20,000 nt of DNA from an uncultured virus (IMG/VR IMGVR_UViG_3300037515_000764) (lineage: Duplodnaviria; Heunggongvirae; Uroviricota; Caudoviricetes). The DNA is taken from IMG/VR virus record IMGVR_UViG_3300037515_000764. The stretch is one strand, 5' to 3'. A program made the translations under genes and the position numbers. Below, one piece after another: positions 8,721 through 15,852 of this stretch. The notes under the pieces are model-generated. The model made no database searches and was not told the origin of the DNA. It saw only the letters and a list, made by a program, of their open reading frames with translations. Every line of letters starts with the position of its first letter. Within the stretch, counting starts at the first letter, position 1.

Positions 8721-10103
8721 TTAGTCGCCGTACTCGTAACTAAATTGCTTGTCGGGAACCCATTCGTAATTAATAAATTTGGCAGCCAAGAACGGGGTAA
8801 GCAAGAGAACGCGCCATACGATACGACCACACGCCTTCAGACACCACTTAACCAACTCAATAGCCCAGATGTATTTACCATCATCAGACCAAAGCAAATC
8901 AGCAACGCGACTACCCAAACCAGCTAATTGTTCTGGCAATTGTGACCAGTCCAAATATTCCAAGTAAGTAGCAGGTGCTCCGCCGTCATAAGTGATTGGC
9001 AAAACAACAATTGGTGAAGAAACACTACCATTTGTAACATTGTCATCGGCGATTTCAAGTCCACGAATCGTTGGGTCTGCTGAGTTCTTAGACAAGGGAA
9101 TACCTGTATCTAAAACAACGTCATAGCGATTACCATTTAAGAACAAGAATTTATTTTGAAGCATTTGGTTGCGTTCGCGTCGAAGCTCATTAGCGTCAAA
9201 AAAGATTTGTTGTGACATAGCGCTTTCAGAAGAAGGCTCTTCACAGGTGAGTTCTAAACAGCACGACCATTGCTTAGTTAATTCCCACCAAGTATAGGGG
9301 TGCATGAAAATCTTCCAGAAATTGGGCGCACAAGCTTCACCACGAATAGTCCATTCCATTTCGGCGATAAATAATTCGCGAATCAAATCACAATCGAGCG
9401 GTGCATAGGAGCCTTCGGTATCACCATCAATTACTTGACTATCAACGTCAGGGCATAAGGTGATGCCATCAGTATCAGTATAACCAGTTGTTACCCAATT
9501 GAGCAAACCGAGTGGTTCTTTGTAGCCAGTACCAACATTGTTAGATGAAGTACCCGTCCAAATAGTTCTCGAAAGTTTTCTATGAAATAGCTTAGCAACA
9601 CCAACCATTTCAGAACGAATAACGGTGTTAAGCATATTATTTTGGTCAACAGGAGTTTGTAATGCGCCCATATCGCCAATTACACGGCAACGCAAACGCA
9701 AGTCTCTTGTATCACCGCGACAGGCATTCATAATAATTCGACCAGCTTCAACAGTATTCATGCACCGTTGCAAGTCACCGAATTCAGCCGTAATTTTACA
9801 AGTTTCCCACAAACCAGTTGGTGCATCTTCACACACAGTTTCTGGTTCAAGCGCTTCGGAATCTTCATTGAAACCAGTTAAAAGACCGAAGATGGGATTT
9901 TCATTTACTGTTGCAAAAGCTTCAATTTCTGCTAAAATGCCAAAAGGGTTAACAAGTGCTGAAACAATGTCACGCTCAATACAAGCATCAGAAAACAAGC
10001 CTGTTGAACCATGAAATAAAGTTGCTTCATTTTCAGACGCTACAGAAATTGTAACATCCTTATTCGCATCTTGCCCAAGCTGTAAAACAATCTTATCTTT
10101 CAT
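8721..10103 (-). CDS. Major capsid protein (probable HK97 fold)
   Basis: 460 aa, follows protease and scaffold. Contains LFHRKLSRTIWTGTSSNN...EPLGLL (spine helix followed by a G...P-x-GLL pattern) and IFMHPYTWWEL. Confidence 0.8.
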   Translation of the reverse strand: MKDKIVLQLGQDANKDVTISVASENEATLFHGSTGLFSDACIERDIVSALVNPFGILAEIEAFATVNENPIFGLLTGFNEDSEALEPETVCEDAPTGLWETCKITAEFGDLQRCMNTVEAGRIIMNACRGDTRDLRLRCRVIGDMGALQTPVDQNNMLNTVIRSEMVGVAKLFHRKLSRTIWTGTSSNNVGTGYKEPLGLLNWVTTGYTDTDGITLCPDVDSQVIDGDTEGSYAPLDCDLIRELFIAEMEWTIRGEACAPNFWKIFMHPYTWWELTKQWSCCLELTCEEPSSESAMSQQIFFDANELRRERNQMLQNKFLFLNGNRYDVVLDTGIPLSKNSADPTIRGLEIADDNVTNGSVSSPIVVLPITYDGGAPATYLEYLDWSQLPEQLAGLGSRVADLLWSDDGKYIWAIELVKWCLKACGRIVWRVLLLTPFLAAKFINYEWVPDKQFSYEYGD

Positions 10104-10106
10104 TAT

Positions 10107-10634
10107 CTATTTCCCTCCAAACAGAAGTTCTGTCATGTTTTCCGGTTGTTCATTGTTATTTACATTAGCTTCTGAAGCAGTTTTAAGTTCTTCTTCGCTA
10201 ATGGTAAAAAGCCCTTGCGCCCAAGACTTCTTTGAATCTTCAGGGGTTTGACCTAATTCCTTCAAAAGGTTGGCAACTTCGCCTTCAAGTTTTACAACTC
10301 GACTAGATAATTCTTTAACTAAAGTATTGGCAGCTTTAAACTGTTCAATAACCGTGTTAGCAAATTCATCATCATAAACGGGCGTTACTTCTTTAACCTC
10401 TTCTTCTTCCTCTTCAACAACTTCTTCTTCGGGCGTTAAAAGACCGACGATTTGTTTAAGAGTTTCTAAAACTTCATTTGATTCTTCGCTCGATTTTTGC
10501 GGAAGACCTAATGATTGCCCTGTTACAGAAATCGTTGTAAGGCTATCCGTAAATCCTTTAATATCTTCCGGCGTATAACCGGCCTCTAATAGAGCGTTAG
10601 CTTGCTCTACAGAAATGTTTTTTACTTCACTCAT
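10107..10634 (-). CDS. Putative capsid scaffolding protein
   Basis: Very acidic (EEEVVEEEEEEV) with a coiled-coil segment; lies between protease and capsid; SD AAGGAG. Confidence 0.6.
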   Translation of the reverse strand: MSEVKNISVEQANALLEAGYTPEDIKGFTDSLTTISVTGQSLGLPQKSSEESNEVLETLKQIVGLLTPEEEVVEEEEEEVKEVTPVYDDEFANTVIEQFKAANTLVKELSSRVVKLEGEVANLLKELGQTPEDSKKSWAQGLFTISEEELKTASEANVNNNEQPENMTELLFGGK

Positions 10635-11207
10635 TTAATTCTCCTTTAAATTAACAAATGTCAGAGTGTTTGCGGCTCTTTCTAATGGTAGAATAGAAAT
10701 CTCCCATGAGATATAAGATTTAATAATATTTTTTTCTTTTCTTTGATATATCATCCCATGCGAAACCCCTAATGGTCTTGGATGTTGGAATAAAAATTTA
10801 ACAAAACTTTTAGAATCTTCGTTAATAATGCCAGAAGCAAAAGCGACATTGTTTTGTTCGTCGAAACCTAAAATGTCAGTAGTGCCGATTAAATCAATGT
10901 TCTTATTGTGGTGGAAAAGCAGAACAGGGTAGGGTACAATACCAGTATTAACGGCTTTGGCGAATTTGCTATGTGATTCGGCCGACAAGAATTCACCGTC
11001 TCTATCTAAAAAATTGTTAGAGAAAGCTAAGAATAGTCGCAAACTTCCGTCTGACATTTCTTTAAACATGGCGATATTTTCAGTAGCAGATATGGCGGCT
11101 ATTTGTCTAGCTGCACCTGCTCTAGTCATATGACAACCGAGACTTTCGTTAGAATTATCCTTAACTACACAGTATTCGTTTTCTCTTTTAATAATTTCAT
11201 ACGGCAT
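10635..11207 (-). CDS. Prohead maturation protease, HK97 family
   Basis: DRDGE, LLFHHN (catalytic His), GVSHG (catalytic Ser) and EISIL...AAN motifs; short N-terminal MPY...YCV...GCH module. Confidence 0.8.
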   Translation of the reverse strand: MPYEIIKRENEYCVVKDNSNESLGCHMTRAGAARQIAAISATENIAMFKEMSDGSLRLFLAFSNNFLDRDGEFLSAESHSKFAKAVNTGIVPYPVLLFHHNKNIDLIGTTDILGFDEQNNVAFASGIINEDSKSFVKFLFQHPRPLGVSHGMIYQRKEKNIIKSYISWEISILPLERAANTLTFVNLKEN

Positions 11208-11604
11208 TTTTTCCCTCTTTACACGATACTACCTTATCTAATTTTTCTTCGACGACGTCCAATCTTTTATAAACACTTCCTTCAAAAACATCTAATCTTC
11301 CATAAATATTTCCTATACTATCTTTTAAATCAGTAACAGCTTCAACCAAGCTTTTCGTAGCAGTTGTTAATTCTTTTTGGTCTGCTACTATTTGTTGACG
11401 TATTAAAGAATCGCTTATTTTTTCATTTGAAAGAATAACAAAAACTTCTTTGAACGCTTCGATTGAATTTTGCGCCGTTTCTTCTTTTTCTATTTGGACT
11501 ACTGTTCTTAAGCGCATCAATAGAAACATCCCTATTAGTATGTTTGGAAAAAACGCGGTAATACCTAGCAACTCTCCTGTATTTTCTGGCAGGAATTCAA
11601 ACAC
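11197..11604 (-). CDS. Single-TM coiled-coil membrane protein, holin-like
   Basis: GTG start with SD AAAGGAG; N-terminal hydrophobic helix (LLGITAFFPNILIGMFLLM) followed by a heptad coiled coil. Confidence 0.5.
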   Translation of the reverse strand: MFEFLPENTGELLGITAFFPNILIGMFLLMRLRTVVQIEKEETAQNSIEAFKEVFVILSNEKISDSLIRQQIVADQKELTTATKSLVEAVTDLKDSIGNIYGRLDVFEGSVYKRLDVVEEKLDKVVSCKEGKNAV

Positions 11605-11622
11605 ATTTCTCTCTCCTTTCTT

Positions 11623-11904
11623 TTAATCAACTATACCATTAATTTCTTTATATAAATCTTCGAGTGTTTCTGAATCGCAATTATTAAGTGGACATTCTTC
11701 GTAAAAATCACCAGCACATTCAATTTTAGTTCCGTCGTTAAAGACAATATATTCTAGTTGGATGACAGGTTTTCCGAAACGCATTGAAATAATTATTTCT
11801 ATATCTTCAATTTTTAAACCTGTTAGTTTGTTTAGGCTCAAAACCCATTTGCTAATTTCAACGTCTTTTAGTCTCATTGTTCTAAATCTACTAGCCACAT
11901 GCAA
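11623..11904 (-). CDS. Hypothetical protein
   Basis: 93 aa ORF filling the operon gap; may start at the second ATG (MRLKD), which overlaps the upstream TGA. Confidence 0.6.
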   Translation of the reverse strand: MHVASRFRTMRLKDVEISKWVLSLNKLTGLKIEDIEIIISMRFGKPVIQLEYIVFNDGTKIECAGDFYEECPLNNCDSETLEDLYKEINGIVD

Positions 11905-12362
11905 GCACCGCCGTTCGGATTTGATAAAATATGATAATCATAAGCCGTACCATCGGAGCGCGGAAATTGTTCTAAACTGGTTTCGGTTACAAAATATTTA
12001 TCTTGGTATTCTGTAAATGTCCAGCGCTCATAAGTTCCGTCATAGCCAACAAAATAATAGATTTCAGTTTCGCCTAAGTAATCGAAATTAATACCAGAAA
12101 AACCGTATTCTTCTCCTAAGCGTTCTAAAACCCAGTAATTAGGTATATTACGAGGGGCATAACCTAACCATTTTACTTGTTCGCCTGATAGATTATAGTA
12201 GAAATCAACATCTAAATCTAATGGATAGTAACTTTTAGTTCCATAAATAAATTCTGGTTTTTCCATGCAGTGGTTTAGATATTTCGAATTGTCTTTGGCT
12301 AAAATTGTTTGAGAAGATACAGTTATGAACAAAATAATAAATAAAATTAACTTTTTGTTCAT
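11874..12362 (-). CDS. Secreted/exported hypothetical protein
   Basis: Sec-type signal peptide MNKKLILFIILFITVSSQTILA/K; Tyr-rich mature part. Confidence 0.7.
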   Translation of the reverse strand: MNKKLILFIILFITVSSQTILAKDNSKYLNHCMEKPEFIYGTKSYYPLDLDVDFYYNLSGEQVKWLGYAPRNIPNYWVLERLGEEYGFSGINFDYLGETEIYYFVGYDGTYERWTFTEYQDKYFVTETSLEQFPRSDGTAYDYHILSNPNGGACMWLVDLEQ

Positions 12363-12803
12363 TTAAGTTTCGCTTTCATCCGGTATTATTCGCCACGGAT
12401 TCAATCCAAACACATTTACCCGCTCATCATTGATTGTGGCTAACACATCCCCTCGCGTAAAATTAGCGATTGGAGGTGTCAACACACCGGAATTTGTCAG
12501 CACTAGCATATTGTCACTTTGTCGCACCGCGAAATATCGGCAACCATTACCCAGCGTCTCGATAAACGCTTCTAAGGCACTTCGCATGGCAGGCTTCACA
12601 GGTGATGACAGTCCAAAGCCTTGCGCGGGTAAGCTACCCGACGCGCTCAGCTTGACGACTGAATTGAACATTTTAATTTCGTCGCTAGCGAGTTCACCAC
12701 TGCCATTATCGGCGAATATGTCTGCGAACGTTTGCCGATTTTGCGCCGTGTTGAGGTTTTCGAGTACCACCATGTATAAAATGTGTTTCCAGTTACTTGT
12801 CAT
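12363..12803 (-). CDS. Hypothetical protein, partner of LamG-like gene
   Basis: Track ORF is 12363..12821; the more likely start is ATG 12803, which forms an ATGA overlap with the upstream stop and has GGGGGA upstream. Elevated GC. Confidence 0.7.
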   Translation of the reverse strand: MTSNWKHILYMVVLENLNTAQNRQTFADIFADNGSGELASDEIKMFNSVVKLSASGSLPAQGFGLSSPVKPAMRSALEAFIETLGNGCRYFAVRQSDNMLVLTNSGVLTPPIANFTRGDVLATINDERVNVFGLNPWRIIPDESET

Positions 12804-13585
12804 GCTAGGCTTATCCCCCACAGGCTTGATAGATAGGCTTCCATTTGTTGGCGCTCACTGGTTGAGTGTTCAGCGTCGTAAATGTGGACTTCGCCGATGA
12901 GTCCTGTATAAGCCTCACTCGGACTTGCACCATCATTACCGATAGCGCAAATACCACCAATTGCCTTACTCGTATAAGTATCGCTACCTAAAAAACTTCC
13001 ATTCCTATATACCGTGCCTGTTCCACTGCCGTGTACAAAACTTAAAATCTGTATGACATTTGTCGCGGCTCCAACATTTTTCCAAACAGAATCAAAAAAA
13101 CCAACTTGTCCATTCGTACTCGCTAGATGAGTAAAAATAAGTCTGCCTGCTTGTGAATCAAATAAAAATTCAAATGTGCCTGTTGCGCTATCTGGTTCAA
13201 TCACAAAATACGCCGTCACTGGACCCGCAATTGGCGAGCTAATTCCCGTCACAGCCCAAAAATCATCCGACCCATCAAACTGTGCCGCCCAATGCCCATT
13301 AATGCCATTATCAGACGTTTTCAGCAGAGGCTTAGCGGCGGTTGTCGTTTGGCTGGCATCCACCGCGCCTGTCAGTGGCGTAACACCGCCTATCACGTCT
13401 CCATCATTCGCGGCTAATGTCGTCTTAGCGTTGTCTTGAAACAAGTTTTCGTGGTAGTTTTCGTGGATACTCCACCCCGCCACTTGACCAGAAAGGACTG
13501 GCAAAACGGGTGTTGAAGTTGTTTTCGATACCGTATCGCCTAAATTTAACGGAAATTCGCCTAACCTCTTAATATTAAATCTCAT
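12800..13585 (-). CDS. LamG/concanavalin-like jelly-roll virion protein (putative adhesin/fibre)
   Basis: LFQD...DGDVIGG...SQTTTAAKP...AQFDGSDD and YTGLIGEVHIYD..HSTSERQQMEAYL..LWG are characteristic of phage LamG-like proteins. Confidence 0.75.
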   Translation of the reverse strand: MRFNIKRLGEFPLNLGDTVSKTTSTPVLPVLSGQVAGWSIHENYHENLFQDNAKTTLAANDGDVIGGVTPLTGAVDASQTTTAAKPLLKTSDNGINGHWAAQFDGSDDFWAVTGISSPIAGPVTAYFVIEPDSATGTFEFLFDSQAGRLIFTHLASTNGQVGFFDSVWKNVGAATNVIQILSFVHGSGTGTVYRNGSFLGSDTYTSKAIGGICAIGNDGASPSEAYTGLIGEVHIYDAEHSTSERQQMEAYLSSLWGISLA

Positions 13586-13905
13586 TATGCACCAGTAACA
13601 AATTGGTATTCAAGCGTAGCCGAAGCAACCTCTTCAATAAATTTGAGAACAGTATCTTCACCAATTGGCAAAAGAATAGGCGGTTGGTCTACTTGCAATT
13701 GAAAACCGCTAGAGGAAGTTGGGTCTGTTCCATCTATTGTATATCTGATATTTTCATCAATAGCTTGAACTAAGACACCTGTCCATTCGTAAAATACATC
13801 AGGTAGAGTCAAAGTAACAACCACATTTAAAGATGAATTTGAAACATGCGAACCTTGTGGATTTAAATTTTTAATACTTACTGTTTTCGATTGAGGTATT
13901 GGCAT
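13585..13905 (-). CDS. Small beta-rich protein, putative capsid decoration/fibre base
   Basis: 106 aa with VLVQA..ENIRYTIDGTDPTSSSGFQL; coupled by a TAATG overlap to the LamG-like gene. Confidence 0.5.
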   Translation of the reverse strand: MPIPQSKTVSIKNLNPQGSHVSNSSLNVVVTLTLPDVFYEWTGVLVQAIDENIRYTIDGTDPTSSSGFQLQVDQPPILLPIGEDTVLKFIEEVASATLEYQFVTGA

Positions 13906-13906
13906 C

Positions 13907-14947
13907 TTAACTCCTTAAAAGTCTAAAATAATCTCTATCCCATTCAGGGAATAAAGAAATCATTTGGTTGAAGTCTGAGTTTTCAGGGGTAGGTCTAAAT
14001 TTAGCAATCGCGTAGGCATCATGAAAACCTTTGTCAAAATCAGAAACAGTATCAACATACCAATAAGAAGAAGCCGTAACGGTATTTCCAACCATTTGAC
14101 GCAAAATATAACCATCCATTTTTTCTGCTCGATTTGAACCTTCTAAATGAACACCATATTCGCCTATATATCTAGCTTTACCATAAAGGTTTGCAACCTG
14201 TAAATCAATTGCGCTTTCTTCTTCAAAAGCAAATTTATTATCAGGCAAACCAGCTTCCCAGTAGTTATGAACATTGGCTAAGTGCAAATAAGGCAATCTA
14301 CCAAAAACATCGTGTGCTACTTGTTCAACGGTAAAATATTCCGGCTTAAAATGTCGCGTATTTATCCATCCGACTGTTATGGGTGTTTTACCTTGACTGG
14401 CATCATAAGCTACTTTAGTCAAATACTCCCAAGTTTTCATAAATGCTTCGTAATTTTCTCGATTTAAATCAGCATGAACAATTGCAGGTTCATTCATTAA
14501 ATCTAAAACAACGTGATTATAATCTTTTAGAGCGAAAGCAACTTCTTTTAAGCGCGTTTCATATTCGCCACGCCAAGCTTCATTTCTATACCAGTCAATG
14601 TTTAAATGATTTAAATAGCTGGCATTATGATAGCTATTATTAACATCACAATGAAACCCAGACCGAATTGAATCATCAAAAACTACAACTAATTGAACAC
14701 CAATAGAGGCTGTAAAATCTGCCCATTGTCGCAATTTAGACATTATCTTAGGAAATTGTTTGCCGTCTTTATGAAGATACATTCTTACATGTTTTATTTC
14801 ATAAATTGGATAATCCCACAAAACAGCCATAATATCATAATCGTCAAAGTGCGGACTATCTTCAGACCACATACCTTCTCTTAAATTTGCCCCGTTCCCC
14901 GAAAATCCATCCAAAACCCACTGGTCGAAATACTGTTTTAATTGCAT
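13907..14947 (-). CDS. Clan GH-A (GH5-like) TIM-barrel glycoside hydrolase
   Basis: GAN (strand 1), HVRMY, LDLMNEP (acid/base Glu), NVHNY and YIGEYG (nucleophile Glu) occur in the expected order. Confidence 0.75.
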   Translation of the reverse strand: MQLKQYFDQWVLDGFSGNGANLREGMWSEDSPHFDDYDIMAVLWDYPIYEIKHVRMYLHKDGKQFPKIMSKLRQWADFTASIGVQLVVVFDDSIRSGFHCDVNNSYHNASYLNHLNIDWYRNEAWRGEYETRLKEVAFALKDYNHVVLDLMNEPAIVHADLNRENYEAFMKTWEYLTKVAYDASQGKTPITVGWINTRHFKPEYFTVEQVAHDVFGRLPYLHLANVHNYWEAGLPDNKFAFEEESAIDLQVANLYGKARYIGEYGVHLEGSNRAEKMDGYILRQMVGNTVTASSYWYVDTVSDFDKGFHDAYAIAKFRPTPENSDFNQMISLFPEWDRDYFRLLRS

Positions 14948-14949
14948 AT

Positions 14950-15019
14950 CACCAGTTAGTTGAATAGTTCCATCATTAACGGGTGGGGCTACAGTTTTTT
15001 TAGATAAACTATATCACCC
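14950..15019 (-). promoter_or_regulatory. Candidate -1 programmed ribosomal frameshift cassette
   Basis: SD-like GGGTGAT (15019-15013), 11 nt spacer, heptamer A AAA AAA (15001-14995), 9 nt spacer, imperfect hairpin (14985-14950); the -1 frame is open into the GH ORF. Confidence 0.55.
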
Positions 15020-15348
15020 GCTGTAGTTCTTTCGGCAACAAAACCTTGTTCTTCTGGTATATAACGCCAAACATATTCGTCATTTAAAACAGTATTTAAT
15101 CCGAGATAATCGAGCATAGCTTCATCAACTACAACTGAATAAACACGTTTAACAGCACCAAAACTCCAAACTTTAGGCGGATTAAATAGTTGCGATAAAT
15201 TAGGAAATGGTCGAATGTTCATATCAGAACGAACAGTTTTCATTTCTATTTCTTCGTATTCTGTAGGTGGAACTTGTTGACCACTTTCAACAGAATGTCT
15301 GTAAATTTCTACACCGTCTACATACAAAACGGTTTCGTGTAATGGCAT
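14989..15348 (-). CDS. SH3b-like (putative cell-surface binding) domain protein
   Basis: SD AAAGGAG; MNIRPFP ... VWRYI...GFVAE fits the bacterial SH3 pattern (N-x-R-x-x-P ... W ... G-W/F-V). Confidence 0.55.
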   Translation of the reverse strand: MPLHETVLYVDGVEIYRHSVESGQQVPPTEYEEIEMKTVRSDMNIRPFPNLSQLFNPPKVWSFGAVKRVYSVVVDEAMLDYLGLNTVLNDEYVWRYIPEEQGFVAERTTAGDIVYLKKL

Positions 15349-15361
15349 TTAATCTCCTTTT

Positions 15362-15811
15362 TTATTTTTGGATATAACGACTCAAGCTGAACTGTGCTGA
15401 AGACAAAGTAATCGTTTGAGCGGGTGCATCAGAAACGGCATATAATTCAACAGTATCATCTGCTTCCAATGTAAGAATGCCGCTAATCGAAACATGAACT
15501 TCATCAGGTGTAGCATTAAATGTCGCATCGGCTTGATAATTTTGGTCATGTGTCGCACCATTAACATAAACGTAAAAATTCCAAACACTACTTGCCGTAT
15601 CAGTCGTTGCGCTAAAATCAACTTCTACGAAATAATCGCCACGCAGAGCAACTGTAATATCTGATGTTGCCAATGCCGGAACTACGTTTTCTGTAAAAGG
15701 CATCAACGTATCAAATTGGTCTATCAATGTTTCAGTTGTTCCAATCGCTTGCCCTGTAGAATTGCTATCAATGGCTAAACCACCGTACTCTTGGTTAACT
15801 CTAATTGACAT
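15362..15811 (-). CDS. C1q/TNF/BclA-C-like jelly-roll protein, putative virion decoration
   Basis: ITVALRGDYFVEVDFS ... VSISGILTLEADDTVELYA ... FSLSR is typical of C1q-like domains; SD AGAGGAG. Confidence 0.65.
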   Translation of the reverse strand: MSIRVNQEYGGLAIDSNSTGQAIGTTETLIDQFDTLMPFTENVVPALATSDITVALRGDYFVEVDFSATTDTASSVWNFYVYVNGATHDQNYQADATFNATPDEVHVSISGILTLEADDTVELYAVSDAPAQTITLSSAQFSLSRYIQK

Positions 15812-15852
15812 ATTTAAATCTCCTCTTTCTCATATAATTAAATTAAAAAACT

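Noticed and set aside
13094..13100. T TTT TTT slippery heptamer in the LamG-like gene
   Set aside because: The -1 frame hits TGA at once; no plausible product.
12430..13439. + strand ORFs 12430..12900 and 13176..13439
   Set aside because: Antisense to well-supported genes in a GC-rich patch where stops are rarer.
15812..15852. AT-rich gap after portal as a possible promoter or terminator
   Set aside because: It has a T-run without a stem and no convincing -35/-10 pair.
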